NCBI GenBank assembly: GCA_965198175.1
Contig: OZ240245.1
Location: forward strand, 2,432,001 to 2,496,000
Length of the DNA stretch: 64,000 bases
Source of the DNA: Candidatus Poribacteria bacterium
GTDB taxonomy: Bacteria; Poribacteria; WGA-4E; PCPOR2b
Reading direction: 5' to 3'
Shown here: piece by piece, positions 37,646 to 49,367 of the stretch
How the letters are laid out: the number at the start of each line of letters is the position of its first letter
How positions within the stretch are numbered: position 1 is the first letter of the stretch
Translations under genes and position numbers: made by a program
The notes under the pieces: model-generated
Told to the model about the DNA's origin: nothing
What the model saw: the letters and a program-made list of their open reading frames with translations, nothing else
Databases searched by the model: none

Positions 37646-38851
37646 TCAGTTCTTCAGCAACTGTGCCTCGACTGCTTCACCCGCTTTGATTGTTGCGCCC
37701 GCCGGAATAATGATAAAGCCATTTGCTAGAACAAGCGAGTAGAGAATGCCCGAGCCTTGTGATCCTGTTATTTTGGCATAATATTCATCGTTCCGTGATG
37801 TAATGATTGCCCGCATATAGTTCACGCGTCCATCCCTATTGACCACGTCATCTTCTAAAATGGCTTGGAAGGTTCGACGAAATAGTTCGGTATGCCCCGC
37901 CATTTTGAGAAGTGCCGGACGGACAAATAGCTCAAATACCACAAGCGAGGAAACCGGGTTCCCCGGCAATCCGAAGATTGGCACGCCGCCAATGAATCCA
38001 TACGCCTGAGGTTTGCCCGGCTTCATCGCAACTCGCCAGAAATTAATCTCGCCCATCCGGGCGAGGACCGTTCTCACACAGTCGTGATCGCCGACGGACA
38101 CCCCGCCGCTAGTGACGATGGCATCGGCTTGATTCACCGCATCGCGGAATTTGCGTTCCAACTCCATCTCATCGTCAATAGCAATCCCCATATCGATTGG
38201 GTAGCACTCCGCTTCTTGAATCTGGGCACAGATGCCGTAGCGATTGCTATCCCTAATCTTACCCGGCTTCAACGGTTCACCAAGAGGAGTTAACTCATTC
38301 CCTGTCGAAATAGCGGCAACTTTCGGGCGTCGATATACCCCGACCTCCGATCGGTTCAGCGAAGCAAGCATGGAGATTTCCGGCGGACGGATGCGCTTCC
38401 CTTTCGCCATGACGAGATCTCCTTGCTTCACGCTTTCACCCGCGAAGCGTACATTCTCATCTTTTTCTACGCTATCAAAGACCCTAACCTGATTCATTTC
38501 TGATTGCGTATCCTCTACCATTACAACGGCATCTGCCCCTTTAGGCATCATGGCGCCGGTCATAATCCGGGCAGCCTGTCCATGCGTAACGCCCTTGGTT
38601 GGAGCATAGCCAGCGGGTATGGATTCGACTATCGACAGTTGAATTGGGCAATCCTTAAATGCGGCCTGTGTATCTTCAGCAACCACAGCGTAGCCGTCCA
38701 TCGCCGAATTTCGAAAAGGCGGTATATTTTCCACGGCGTACACGTCTTCCGCCAGGACATATCCGAGGCTGTCCAAAACCCCGCGTTTTTCCGGAGGCAA
38801 AACGAGGATTGAGTCCAATATCCGTTGACGCGCTTCTTCGACACTGAGCAT
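37646..38851 (-). CDS. moeA: Molybdopterin molybdenumtransferase
   Basis: PPFRNSAMDGYAV, RIMTGA, STGNEL, TSGGVSVG, GLPGNPVS. Confidence 0.95.
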   Translation of the reverse strand: MLSVEEARQRILDSILVLPPEKRGVLDSLGYVLAEDVYAVENIPPFRNSAMDGYAVVAEDTQAAFKDCPIQLSIVESIPAGYAPTKGVTHGQAARIMTGAMMPKGADAVVMVEDTQSEMNQVRVFDSVEKDENVRFAGESVKQGDLVMAKGKRIRPPEISMLASLNRSEVGVYRRPKVAAISTGNELTPLGEPLKPGKIRDSNRYGICAQIQEAECYPIDMGIAIDDEMELERKFRDAVNQADAIVTSGGVSVGDHDCVRTVLARMGEINFWRVAMKPGKPQAYGFIGGVPIFGLPGNPVSSLVVFELFVRPALLKMAGHTELFRRTFQAILEDDVVNRDGRVNYMRAIITSRNDEYYAKITGSQGSGILYSLVLANGFIIIPAGATIKAGEAVEAQLLKN

Positions 38852-39137
38852 ACTGAATTTCCCTCCTTCATCCACACTTGTGCATCTTTGTCGCGTACGA
38901 CGTCAAGCTAAAACTAACATTGTACTTGGGAGCGACCGACCAAATCGCTGTAAGTATTCAATTTTGAGTCGATTCAGCTCCGAGAATCTTCATCGACTAT
39001 TGTACCAAAATCTGATAGTGGTGTCACATGAAAAACGGTGGTATTGCGACATGAAACAGAGGCGCTTATGGAACGTGTATGCTGGTCTTACAACGAGGGA
39101 AGTAAATGACGCTTGGCTATTCCGTGGCAGTTCGCCC

Positions 39138-40073
39138 TTATTTCGCGTATGACGTTTCATTTTTCAGAAAGTGCCCTAGTGTCTCCCATGAATCCACACG
39201 CAAGACAGTACGCTCATCGTGACGAATTGAATCAATCCTATCCTGGTCGGTAATCGTCCGTGTGGGAATGCCAAACCCCTTGATGGTTTGCACAGCGGTT
39301 TGCTTGGTGCCAATCAGCACGCCAAAGTCCGCCTCCAAAATGGCGAGTAAATCCGTAACGGAATCACCAATGTATAATGTCCGTCCTGCCCGCGTTCCCA
39401 GCGTACCCTGTTGTTCCGTCATACCCTGCGTGGCGTCAGCAGGACAGCACTCGCATTTTCGCCTTAAAAAGTGTCTCAACTTATCTTGTGCAGAGATAAC
39501 GCGCAGATGAATCTCCCCCGTTGAACGCCCCGATTTGTCGAACTCCAAACAATTGGTGGTAATCTGATCGCACAACCCTTCCGTCGCTCCTTCAATGAAT
39601 GCCTTTGACCAATTGGCGGAGAGAATTTCAATCTTTACACCAATTGTACGCATCTCCTCCATTACCTTGGAAACTCCCGGTCTCTTTTGAACGCTCCGAC
39701 CAAGCGCTCTAAGCGCCTCCCGTGTGAGCCCCGACAGAAACCTTCTTTCCATTACTCTGCGGGTAGAGCTATATTCCAGAACCTCAAAGTCGTCGAGAAA
39801 ACCCTGGAGACCTGCCGGGTCCGGAGTAGACCTTGGAATGTTCTGAGCGTGCGTCGTTTCCTCGTGATCACTGACAAGCCATTCACCGGCAATGCGGTCA
39901 CATTGCTGTGAGTACCACTCCACCGTTTCTCGCCACTCAAAGAACGATGCTTGTGCACCCGCTTCGCCGGCAATTGTCCTATGTTTTGTGGCGGTCTGAA
40001 CCAACAAACCAAGGGTATCTACCTCAGACACCGTTCCATCAAAGTCAGCAATCAGTTTATCAATAGGCGGCAT
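39138..40073 (-). CDS. HAD-superfamily phosphatase (TH2/CTO1-like)
   Basis: DFDGT, ILSANWS, STGEI, YIGDSVTDLLAILEADFG. Confidence 0.75.
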   Translation of the reverse strand: MPPIDKLIADFDGTVSEVDTLGLLVQTATKHRTIAGEAGAQASFFEWRETVEWYSQQCDRIAGEWLVSDHEETTHAQNIPRSTPDPAGLQGFLDDFEVLEYSSTRRVMERRFLSGLTREALRALGRSVQKRPGVSKVMEEMRTIGVKIEILSANWSKAFIEGATEGLCDQITTNCLEFDKSGRSTGEIHLRVISAQDKLRHFLRRKCECCPADATQGMTEQQGTLGTRAGRTLYIGDSVTDLLAILEADFGVLIGTKQTAVQTIKGFGIPTRTITDQDRIDSIRHDERTVLRVDSWETLGHFLKNETSYAK

Positions 40074-40155
40074 AATTTATTGTCCGTTACGTCAAAAAAA
40101 TACTCAATTCGTGCAAAGGGTTTGGGGTTTGATGTTTCATCTTTTCAGCGTATAA

Positions 40156-41556
40156 CTAATCCGCTTTCACGTTTGGCCCAATCATCTTGCTGGGAACGAC
40201 AACCCGATCGAATTCCTCCTCAGTCAACAAATTCAGTTCAAGGGCAACTTGCAGCAGTGTCTTGTCTTCCGTGTGGGCTTTTTTCGCTACCAAAGCAGCG
40301 TTGTCATAACCGATGCTTGGAGCCAGCGCCGTCACTAGCATCAGGGAGTCGTTCAGATACTGGGTGATTTTCTCTCCGTTTGGGCGAATGTCAAGGATGC
40401 AATTTTGAGTGAACGAGTCGCAGGCGTCTCCTAGGAGACGAATCGATTGCAGCGCGTTAAAGGCGATGACGGGCATAAACACATTAAGTTCAAAATTGCC
40501 AGAAGCACCGGCAAGTGCGATTGTCGTATCATTCCCGATAACCTGGGCGCAAACCATCGTCATAGCTTCGCATTGCGTTGGATTGACTTTCCCCGGCATG
40601 ATGGAACTCCCCGGCTCGTTTTCTGGCAAGGAAATTTCTCCAATGCCACAACGTGGGCCGCTCCCAAGCCAGCGAATGTCGTTTGCAATTTTATTGAGTG
40701 AGCATGCCAATGTTTTGCACGCACCGCTTACTTCGACAACGGCATCTCGTGCACCGAGGGCTTCAAACTTATTGGGCGCCGACACGAATGGAAAGCATGT
40801 TCGTCTAGCTATCGCCGCTGCAGCTTTTTCCGCATATTCAGGATGGCTGTTCAACCCAGTTCCGACAGCCGTGCCTCCAATCGGCAATTCATAAAGGTGA
40901 GGGAGACAATGATCGATAGCTCGAAGGGCATTGGTCAATTGTGTTGCGTACCCGGAAAACTCTTGACCTAATGTCAACGGTGTCGCATCTTGCAAGTGCG
41001 TACGTCCAATTTTCACGATGTCTTTGAACGCTACAGCTTTTTCGGTGAGCGCGTCGCGTAAGGAGGTCACTGCCGGAATAAGGTGGTGGTGAATTCGGTC
41101 AGCGATAGCCACATGAATGGCAGTCGGAAACGAGTCATTGGTGGATTGAGACTTGTTGACGTGATCGTTAGGGTGAATGGGCTCTTTACTCCCCAAAACG
41201 CCACCTAGCATCTCAATAGCACGATTAGCAATGACCTCATTGGCGTTCATGTTAGTCTGCGTTCCGCTGCCGGTCTGCCAGACCACTAGCGGAAAATGAT
41301 CATCGAGAAGGCCATCAATCACTTCCTGAGCGGCTTTCATAATAACGTCCGCTTTATCGTGATCCAGCAGCCCTAGTGCGGCATTCACCTCGGTTACAGA
41401 CATCTTCACGATTCCGACCGCCCAGATCATCTCACGTGGGAAGCGCTCACCGCCAATCTTAAAATTCTGGGTTGATCTTTGAGTCTGCGCCCCCCAATAG
41501 CAATCTACGAGAACTTCGATTTCACCCATACTGTCTTTCTCAATTCTTGTGTCCAT
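40156..41556 (-). CDS. fumC: Class II fumarate hydratase
   Basis: [30 protein letters not shown], signature [11 protein letters not shown]. Confidence 0.97.
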   Translation of the reverse strand: MDTRIEKDSMGEIEVLVDCYWGAQTQRSTQNFKIGGERFPREMIWAVGIVKMSVTEVNAALGLLDHDKADVIMKAAQEVIDGLLDDHFPLVVWQTGSGTQTNMNANEVIANRAIEMLGGVLGSKEPIHPNDHVNKSQSTNDSFPTAIHVAIADRIHHHLIPAVTSLRDALTEKAVAFKDIVKIGRTHLQDATPLTLGQEFSGYATQLTNALRAIDHCLPHLYELPIGGTAVGTGLNSHPEYAEKAAAAIARRTCFPFVSAPNKFEALGARDAVVEVSGACKTLACSLNKIANDIRWLGSGPRCGIGEISLPENEPGSSIMPGKVNPTQCEAMTMVCAQVIGNDTTIALAGASGNFELNVFMPVIAFNALQSIRLLGDACDSFTQNCILDIRPNGEKITQYLNDSLMLVTALAPSIGYDNAALVAKKAHTEDKTLLQVALELNLLTEEEFDRVVVPSKMIGPNVKAD

Positions 41557-41848
41557 CTATTCCTCCGGTTGAATTTCTTTTTTTATATGTCATTCGTGAG
41601 ACAAAGCATAAATCTCAATGCTATCGGTTTCGAGAATCGAAACACCACAGCATCGTGGATCTAAATCTACAAAACTCGACTGTAAACTTCGAACATCTGA
41701 TTATAGCACTTTAGATGTGCTTTACTCAAGAGAGAAGGTTTCTGGAGATAAAAATAGATTACAGAAAATGGTTGATAAACTTTGGCAAGTGTGATATATT
41801 CTCCATCCCAAACGGAACAATCTAATCTTGCTGCAAGGAGAGAAAACG

Positions 41849-42889
41849 ATGCGTGGAATAACGTCATCAAACCCTTACCTAACCAATGATTTACTTCCAC
41901 CTCCACCGAGGAGTTACCGCTACCGGCAGTGGCGTAAACGCGGATATCAAGCATCTCTTCAGCCGATTTCGTCCGACAGCGAACTGGGGGTTCTCGTTGG
42001 ACAAATGGGGTGGATGGGAAGTCATGCGCATGCCCGCGGTTTCCTGTGGGGGACAGCCGGCAACATGGGTTCTTTACTTTCTGAAGTAGTTGATGCAAGC
42101 TGTCTGCTTCCACGCGACCAATCCCCGCGTTACGCCTTGCCGGCAGCGATTACGGTAAAACGGTTAGCGGGGCGACGTGTGCTCATAACCAAGTCCGGTT
42201 CAAGGTTAGATGCAATCGCAGTGGAACATCCAGCTCTCAATTTGACAATTGTGGAAGTCGATGACGATGGCCGCCATTACCGAATGAGATATGGTACACC
42301 GCCAGCATCGGTATTGGACGAAGGACAGACAACGCCGCCTCGACCAACCAGCGAACTGTTTCACTATCTGCTAATATTCGATCAGCTAGAAGATCACGGG
42401 TTCAAGGCGCTAGTCCATTTGCAGCCGAAGTTTTTGAACTTGATTTCTCGCAGTGAGTATGGAAGCCCATCACGATTCTACGATTTCTTGAGAGGTTACG
42501 AACCAGAAACGCCAATCATATATGAAAAATCTGGCGGAATCGGTTTCGTGCAGGAGAAGGCGCCTGGGATACCTGAACTTTCTTATGAGAATTTGCGTCT
42601 CTTTAAGTCGGAAGATTTTTCGTCGAATCAGCGGCATGAAATGCGTTATATCCTCTGCTGGGTTGGACACGGGACTTTCTCACGTGGTACTGATATCCTT
42701 GATGCTTATAAGCATGCTGAATATTTTGAAGCTGCCGCGCAAATGGCGTGGGAAGCCAATCAGAATCGAATTAACGCCCAAGCATACAACAAAGAAATCA
42801 TCGATTGCATTCTCCGTGAATTCCAGCAGAATCAATCTGTTCCCCAAGCGTCCCATAATGACGACGAAAACCTGTATAACTATCCGTAA
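41849..42889 (+). CDS. Class II aldolase/adducin family protein (RhaD-like, divergent)
   Basis: AAGGAG RBS; TAGN, LITKSGS, PTSEL, LVHLQP, APGIPEL, WVGHGTF..G.D..DAY. Confidence 0.7.
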   Translation: MRGITSSNPYLTNDLLPPPPRSYRYRQWRKRGYQASLQPISSDSELGVLVGQMGWMGSHAHARGFLWGTAGNMGSLLSEVVDASCLLPRDQSPRYALPAAITVKRLAGRRVLITKSGSRLDAIAVEHPALNLTIVEVDDDGRHYRMRYGTPPASVLDEGQTTPPRPTSELFHYLLIFDQLEDHGFKALVHLQPKFLNLISRSEYGSPSRFYDFLRGYEPETPIIYEKSGGIGFVQEKAPGIPELSYENLRLFKSEDFSSNQRHEMRYILCWVGHGTFSRGTDILDAYKHAEYFEAAAQMAWEANQNRINAQAYNKEIIDCILREFQQNQSVPQASHNDDENLYNYP

Positions 42890-43103
42890 TCGCCCTTAAA
42901 TGAGGCAGGCATGCCATACTCAACCTGATTTTTTTGACATTCGTTGACCGCTTTTGATAGAATATGTCAGTACAATCGCTCAGATAATGCGTCACAGATT
43001 AAAATACGACTGATTTTGTACCAACTGCAAACCAAATTACAACCTCCAATGGTAGTGACGTCCGATAGTTTGATTGATCGATCTTCCCGATAAGGAGAAC
43101 CCG

Positions 43104-43712
43104 ATGAATATAATCGACCCTGATCATCCGACGCTAGACTCTGGTGAACATGAAGATGAAAAAGCCACCATTGCGCCTTCACCAACCCGTGAGACATCAC
43201 CCCCAGCGGAAACGGCAGATACTATCCGCGAAGTAATCCTCGGACCTAAACTTCGTGAGGATGAAAAGCGTTTCCGTATGATTGAGAGTGAATTAGAGCA
43301 TCTCCATCAATTATTTAAGGAACTTTCTCTGGATGTCGAAACAAAATTAAACCACAGAATTGATGAAATTGACGCAGATCTCCGTAAAGAGTTAAGAGAG
43401 TTTGAAAACCAAATCAATGAGCAGATTAATCAACTTGTTAGCGAAGTAATGGCGGATTCCCGTAAAATTTCTATAATGGCTGACACGCTGTCACAAGAAC
43501 TGCAAGGGAAAATTGATAAACTCGGCGACACGCACGCAGCCCAAATTGGTGAATTGCGCGACCAAATACGACGAAACTGCGACACACTCAGGAATGAGTT
43601 AATCACTGAGACGGACACGCTGGATGAAAATAAAATTAGTCGTGTTACTTTGGCGGATGATTTAATCGCTCTCGGCATGAAACTCAAAGATGGAGTAGGC
43701 TTGGACGATTAG
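43104..43712 (+). CDS. Coiled-coil hypothetical protein
   Basis: TAAGGAG RBS; IREVILG followed by heptad-rich acidic helices. Confidence 0.7.
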   Translation: MNIIDPDHPTLDSGEHEDEKATIAPSPTRETSPPAETADTIREVILGPKLREDEKRFRMIESELEHLHQLFKELSLDVETKLNHRIDEIDADLRKELREFENQINEQINQLVSEVMADSRKISIMADTLSQELQGKIDKLGDTHAAQIGELRDQIRRNCDTLRNELITETDTLDENKISRVTLADDLIALGMKLKDGVGLDD

Positions 43713-43881
43713 CTGGCTGATTAGACACCATTAGATTCTTCTTTAGCTCAAATATGCGGCGATGGGGCTTCTCCGACGCAGCAAGTGTAGAAGACATATC
43801 AATAATCGTCGTTGACGACATCGAAATGGGCGGTCCCTAAACGCCAAGTTAATCATCAACTCACCACAGGAGAGAAAGACA

Positions 43882-44379
43882 GTGAAATCAAATCCCAGTG
43901 AATTGATCGCCGGGTTTTTTGAAATGCAGAACGAACTTGATCGCCACTTGGATTCCTTTACAAAACCTTCTCAAAATCTAACACCAGAACCCACACTCTG
44001 GCGGCCTCCGATGGACATTTACGAAACAGTTAATAGCTTTGTTATCAAGATTGAGGTTGCGGGTCTCAAGCCTGAAGAGGACGTTCAATTTCATCTGGAT
44101 CGAAATATCTTGACAGTTAGCGGAAATCGACAAGATAGGACCGCTCTTAAAAAACAACATTATCATCAAGCCGAATTAAACTATGGACCGTTTGAGCGAT
44201 CTATCGCGTTGCCAGATGTTCTAGCGGAAGATGTTAAACCTCAAGCCAGATACCACGGTGGTTTCCTTGAGATTGACATTCCCAAAGTCAAGCGCGACCA
44301 ACCGAAAGAAATCGCTCTTCACGCCGAAGAAGAGATAGAAAACGAAGGGGAGCGAAAGGAGACAGATCATGGTGAATGA
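43882..44379 (+). CDS. Hsp20/alpha-crystallin small heat-shock protein
   Basis: WRPPMDIYE, YGPFERSIALP, ARYHGGFLEIDIPK. Confidence 0.92.
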   Translation: MKSNPSELIAGFFEMQNELDRHLDSFTKPSQNLTPEPTLWRPPMDIYETVNSFVIKIEVAGLKPEEDVQFHLDRNILTVSGNRQDRTALKKQHYHQAELNYGPFERSIALPDVLAEDVKPQARYHGGFLEIDIPKVKRDQPKEIALHAEEEIENEGERKETDHGE

Positions 44380-46744
44380 ACTCCTGGATGAACAGAAAAA
44401 TGATGTGGAGATCCCAAAAGAACTACCTATTCTTATTGTTAATGATCTCGTCATTTTCCCTTACATGCCTCCCGTTCCGCCCTTTTCCCCCCATCATCTC
44501 GCGCTATCGGGAAAGACAGTCACAGCGGCTGTCGATGATGCGATGATCAACACCTCCCGGAGTATTTGTGTCTTCAAGCGACTGACCGAAACCGAAACGC
44601 CGACGGTTGAAGATTTTGCTCCGGTTGGAGCATTAATCCATATTATAAAATATCGGACGGATGATGAGAATGTCTTAATTCTCGCGCAGGGACGTGCAAG
44701 GGTCCAAATCGAAGAGGTTATCCAAACAGAACCGTATGTCAGAGTGCGGCCTCGAATCATTGAGCCAGATGAAAAAGAGGAAGCCACGATTGAGATAGAA
44801 GCTCTCAAGCGAACTGCAGTTGAGCTTTTTCAAAAAATCGTCAAGCTTTCGTCAAGGTATCAGGAAGAATTAGGAATCATCGCTGATAATCTAGACGATT
44901 TGGGACGACTTGCGGATTATATCACCTCCGTACTAGATCTCAAGCCCGATGACAAACAGGTGCTGTTGGAAACAATTCCTATCAAAGATCGGCTAAGTCG
45001 GCTTATTGTTATACTAACCAAGGAGTTAGACCTCACTGAACTAGAAAGTAAGATTCAATCGGACGCCGAAGCAGTGATCAACAAAGGACAGCGGGAATAC
45101 TTCCTTCGAGAACAATTGAAAGCGATCCAGACGGAGTTGGGCGAAGCCGACGAATTGTTGCTAGAAGTAGAGGAGATTCGAGGGGAAATCGAAGCAGCAA
45201 ATATACCTGAAAAAGCGCGTAAAATAGCAGAAAAGGAACTCAATCGCTTGTCCAAAATGCACGCCTCATCCCCTGAATCGACGGTTTCCCGAAATTATCT
45301 AGACTGGCTCGTCAATCTCCCATGGGCTATAAGCGCCGAAGATGAACTCACTATCGCTCACGCTCAGCAGGTTCTTGACGAGGATCACTACAATCTGGTA
45401 AAAGTCAAGGACCGCATTCTGGAATATCTAGCTGTGCGCATGCTCAAGCAAGATATGAAAGGTCCTATCCTTTGCTTCGTTGGTCCACCGGGAGTTGGAA
45501 AGACTTCATTGGGCAAATCAATCGCTAGAACCATGGGCAGAAAATTTGTGCGCATCTCACTGGGAGGGCTTCATGATGAGGCGGAGATTCGGGGACATCG
45601 CAGGACGTACATCGGATCAATGCCGGGACGCATTATTAAGGGGTTACGTCAGGCAGAATCCAATAACCCCGTTTTTATGTTAGATGAAATCGATAAGCTC
45701 GGATCAGATTTCCGAGGCGATCCCGCTGCAGCATTCCTTGAAGTGCTTGACCCAGAGCAGAATAATACCTTTGTGGATAATTACATAGACACCCCCTTTG
45801 ACCTGTCAAAGGTGATGTTCATCACAACCGCAAACCAGCTTCACACAATCCCACCGCCCTTGCGGGATCGCATGGAAGTCCTGGAATTGCCCGGTTATAC
45901 TACAAATGAAAAAACAGGAATTGCCAAACAGTACCTTATTCCACGGCAACTGGAAGCTCACGGTATCAGCGGCAATCTACTCTCGATTTCGGACGACGCG
46001 ATTCACACGGTGATTGAAGCATATACACGTGAGGCGGGTGTGCGCAACCTTGAAAGGGAATTAGGAGCAATCTGCCGAAAATCCGCTCGCAAGATTGCCG
46101 AAGGCAGAACCGAATCAACGCACGTCACTTCAGCCGAGATTTCAAATTACCTCGGACCAATCAAATTCTACTCTGAAGTCGCTGAACAAGAGGAAGAGGT
46201 GGGCGTTGCAACGGGAATGTCGGTTACCGCTTTTGGTGGAGAAATTTTATTTGTTGAAGCGACAAGTATGAGCGGTGAGAGCAAACTCCACTTGACAGGT
46301 CATCTCAGCGAAGTGATGCAGGAATCCGCTCAGGCGGCGTTGAGTTACGTCAGATCCAAAGCAGACGAATTAGGATTTAACCCGGATTTTTTTAGAACGA
46401 ATGACATCCACATTCACGTGCCAGCGGGCGCCATCCCGAAGGATGGACCGTCTGCCGGCATCACGATTGCGACAGCGCTTACTTCCCTTGCCACCGGTCA
46501 AAGCGTTAACCCTGAGATCGCAATGACAGGAGAAATTACGTTGAGAGGACGTGTGTTGCCGATTGGCGGAGTGAAGGAAAAGATCCTCGCGGCAAAACAG
46601 GCAGGAATCAAGACCTTTATTATCCCGCAGCGCAATGAGAAGGATCTGGCAGAAATTCCCGATGACGCAAAAGAAGGACTTGACTTCGTGTTTGTCGATC
46701 GGGTTGACCAGGTCTTTGCAAAAGCACTCAGTCCCAGGCACTAG
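44369..46744 (+). CDS. lon: ATP-dependent Lon protease
   Basis: [23 protein letters not shown], catalytic [16 protein letters not shown]. Confidence 0.97.
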   Translation: MVNELLDEQKNDVEIPKELPILIVNDLVIFPYMPPVPPFSPHHLALSGKTVTAAVDDAMINTSRSICVFKRLTETETPTVEDFAPVGALIHIIKYRTDDENVLILAQGRARVQIEEVIQTEPYVRVRPRIIEPDEKEEATIEIEALKRTAVELFQKIVKLSSRYQEELGIIADNLDDLGRLADYITSVLDLKPDDKQVLLETIPIKDRLSRLIVILTKELDLTELESKIQSDAEAVINKGQREYFLREQLKAIQTELGEADELLLEVEEIRGEIEAANIPEKARKIAEKELNRLSKMHASSPESTVSRNYLDWLVNLPWAISAEDELTIAHAQQVLDEDHYNLVKVKDRILEYLAVRMLKQDMKGPILCFVGPPGVGKTSLGKSIARTMGRKFVRISLGGLHDEAEIRGHRRTYIGSMPGRIIKGLRQAESNNPVFMLDEIDKLGSDFRGDPAAAFLEVLDPEQNNTFVDNYIDTPFDLSKVMFITTANQLHTIPPPLRDRMEVLELPGYTTNEKTGIAKQYLIPRQLEAHGISGNLLSISDDAIHTVIEAYTREAGVRNLERELGAICRKSARKIAEGRTESTHVTSAEISNYLGPIKFYSEVAEQEEEVGVATGMSVTAFGGEILFVEATSMSGESKLHLTGHLSEVMQESAQAALSYVRSKADELGFNPDFFRTNDIHIHVPAGAIPKDGPSAGITIATALTSLATGQSVNPEIAMTGEITLRGRVLPIGGVKEKILAAKQAGIKTFIIPQRNEKDLAEIPDDAKEGLDFVFVDRVDQVFAKALSPRH

Positions 46745-46932
46745 AACGAGTACGCAAATACGGACAGAGGGTATTTTCGACGAAGATTTAATCTTCCCGC
46801 TCAATGCGAAAGTTCAAACGATTCTGTACGGAATCTCTGCACGATAGATTAGAGTGACTCAAAGAGGTTAAAAATCTTCCGAATTTATGGTTCAAACCCA
46901 AGATTTCTTGCCTTGAGTTAGAGATCCTGCTG

Positions 46933-46961
46933 TTGACAAATTCGTTTTCTTTTTGTATACT
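46933..46961 (+). promoter_or_regulatory. sigma70-type promoter
   Basis: TTGACA-17 bp-TATACT upstream of 47027. Confidence 0.65.
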
Positions 46962-47026
46962 TTCCTGCGTTCAACGCATCTGTTCGGAACAATCTTCCCC
47001 TGACATCGCGGCAACCCAGGTGCAAG

Positions 47027-48070
47027 ATGGCAAGAAAAAAGAATCGGCATCTTAATATTGCACATAAACGAGCGAAACGAAAACAGGACGGAAAATCCCG
47101 ACAGCGGCAAATAGCGCTCAGAAAACAGCGGATACTACAGAGCGCAAAATCAGATGAGGAGCAGTTACAAGATAGAATTATGAATAGCGGGCTGCTGGTT
47201 AACGAGCCTGAATTTGAGAATATCAGCTTCGATACAAATCTACTGCGTCAAAACATACGGGAACTATTATTCTCCTGCTCTCCAAACGTTGAGCAAAATG
47301 AAGACGATGCCGAATTGACACAAGAAGGAGATCCGCTGGAAGCGATTTCTGAAGAATTCCGAAACGAAGCACTGCCTTGTCTGATTACACCCAATTTCCT
47401 CCAACAAATTTCGCAAACGCTTAAAGCTTGTGAAACCCGGCTGAAACGTATCGGAGCTAGCGAAAAAGCAGAAATTGCATTTGTTACTCGATTGTTTTTT
47501 GATCTCGCTGAGCCAGATTCACTTAGCCTTCATCCTCTCATCTTGAAGATCTGTATACGAACGCTCGAAGGGATGTCGATACAATTTCAACTTGAAGGGG
47601 ATGAGCGCGAAGTTGTGCAAAGCGTCCTCTCGGACTTATTGACGTTCAGTCAAGGGGAGGCAGTACAAGATCATCAGAGCTCCACGGCACACGAGGAGGA
47701 TTCAGACAGCCTAGATAATGGTTGTCAACAATCTAGTGACTTAGCAGATGATTCAGTGGATGGGGAAGAGCCCGCTTATAGTCCCTTGACGCCTCCACCA
47801 GAAGAATTACCAGCAAAAGCGCTGTACAAAAACTTTGACTGGAGGAAGGTGCGTCAGACGATTGAAATGGGAGATGGATACCGGCTAGTTGCGGATGCGG
47901 AACAGCAAGTGGAGTTTGCGCATACCACTCAGCAGCGTTATATCACCCTCACAGCGGATCGACTCTTGCTCCAATGTCCACTGAAGTCGCAACTAGAAGT
48001 TGCAATGCGAGAGATAGAACAATTGTGTGGTCAATCTGTGTGTTATCTCGCAAGGATTCTTGATGAATGA
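47027..48070 (+). CDS. Hypothetical protein with basic N-terminus
   Basis: 347-aa ORF downstream of a good promoter; no family recognised. Confidence 0.75.
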   Translation: MARKKNRHLNIAHKRAKRKQDGKSRQRQIALRKQRILQSAKSDEEQLQDRIMNSGLLVNEPEFENISFDTNLLRQNIRELLFSCSPNVEQNEDDAELTQEGDPLEAISEEFRNEALPCLITPNFLQQISQTLKACETRLKRIGASEKAEIAFVTRLFFDLAEPDSLSLHPLILKICIRTLEGMSIQFQLEGDEREVVQSVLSDLLTFSQGEAVQDHQSSTAHEEDSDSLDNGCQQSSDLADDSVDGEEPAYSPLTPPPEELPAKALYKNFDWRKVRQTIEMGDGYRLVADAEQQVEFAHTTQQRYITLTADRLLLQCPLKSQLEVAMREIEQLCGQSVCYLARILDE

Positions 48071-48088
48071 TTTTAAGGAGGTGATTCA

Positions 48089-48193
48089 ATGGGGCGCAGT
48101 AAGAGTGGACGAGTTCAGCGAAGAACACTCATCCATCACCGTCAGAAACGCCGCCTCAAAAGGAAGAAACAGGCGCTGAAACAGAAGCTCTAA
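48089..48193 (+). CDS. 34-aa highly basic small protein (not in the ORF track)
   Basis: Extended Shine-Dalgarno TAAGGAGGTGAT just before the ATG; MGRSKSGRVQRRTLIHHRQKRRLKRKKQALKQKL. Confidence 0.75.
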   Translation: MGRSKSGRVQRRTLIHHRQKRRLKRKKQALKQKL

Positions 48194-48242
48194 GTCTCTC
48201 TATTGATGGTTCCGCGCAGTGGAGTGAAATGACTGAGTAATT

Positions 48243-49070
48243 TCAGTTATGATTATCCTGCTTTTGTGCGAATCGTTGACGGTTGGCTTCATAGAGCGCA
48301 ACTGAGGCGGCGATTGCACTGTTGAGGGAATCTGCCGAGCCTGACATTGGGATAGAAATCAACGCATCACACATCATTTCAAACCGTTCGGTGATGCCAG
48401 ATTGTTCATTCCCAACAACAAGGAGGGTTGGTCCCGTAAAGTCGACCTTGTCGATTGTCGTTGCCGCATGTGGGCTTGTCCCAACGACTTGTAGTGCGCC
48501 AAGAGTCGCACGGACATGTTCCTGCCAACTCTGGAAGATTCGGGGGCTGTCGATGCGAATCACAGGCAATGCAAACAATGATCCCATCGTTGCCCGAACC
48601 GTTTTGGGATCGTAGAGATCGACAGCAGGTTCAATAATCAGCACACCGTGGGCACCCATGGCGTCCGCGGACCGGATGATTGTCCCCAAATTTCCCCGAT
48701 TCTGCGGATTTTCCACTGCGATAACAAGCAGATTCGATCGAATCGGGATGCGGTCAAAGTCATCCTCGACTTGTGAGACAATCGCCATCAATTCAAGATC
48801 GTTGCGGTCGCACAATTTGCTGTGGAGATCTTCTGTCACTTGTAAGTGGATAAATGGATCGGATTTCGCAACTATCTTCTTTGCCCAATCTGATCGAACC
48901 AGCGACGGGCAGAAAATCAGTTTTTTTACATTCCAACCGTGGGTGTACGCTTCAGATACTGCCCGTACTCCTTCTACAAAGAACTCATAGTGGGATTTGC
49001 GCGCCTTCCGTTTTTCGCACAGCGTCCGGATGTATTTAATTTGTAGGTTTGATGTGGAACGTATGAGCAT
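48243..49070 (-). CDS. TrmH/SpoU-family RNA methyltransferase
   Basis: FFVEGVR, NRGNLGTIIRSA, VGNEQSG, IPMSGSADSLN. Confidence 0.92.
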   Translation of the reverse strand: MLIRSTSNLQIKYIRTLCEKRKARKSHYEFFVEGVRAVSEAYTHGWNVKKLIFCPSLVRSDWAKKIVAKSDPFIHLQVTEDLHSKLCDRNDLELMAIVSQVEDDFDRIPIRSNLLVIAVENPQNRGNLGTIIRSADAMGAHGVLIIEPAVDLYDPKTVRATMGSLFALPVIRIDSPRIFQSWQEHVRATLGALQVVGTSPHAATTIDKVDFTGPTLLVVGNEQSGITERFEMMCDALISIPMSGSADSLNSAIAASVALYEANRQRFAQKQDNHN

Positions 49071-49367
49071 CGTAACACCCTGCCACCGTGCACTGGTCTC
49101 TGAGTTGACATGCGCCCCGTCAGAGGTTCTCCGCCTTACTGAGGGGAAGCTAGAGGAAGGTGGGCGCTTCGCTCCCGCCTTAAATCCGAATGCGGGTCGG
49201 CAAATGTTAACTCCTCCTTTTTGTAGGGTATCATATTTGTTGTACTATTGGCAATAATTGATGAGAATTTTTGCATGTTGTTATTGTAATGTAAACGCTA
49301 ATGTCCATAACTTGTTGAATACGTCAAAACCTTTCGTAATTGAGTGAAATTTTTCAGGAGAAAACCT

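Noticed and set aside
41704..41722. AGCAC-N7-GTGCT palindrome as a CIRCE element for hsp20-lon
   Set aside because: It does not match TTAGCACTC-N9-GAGTGCTAA and lies about 2 kb from hsp20.
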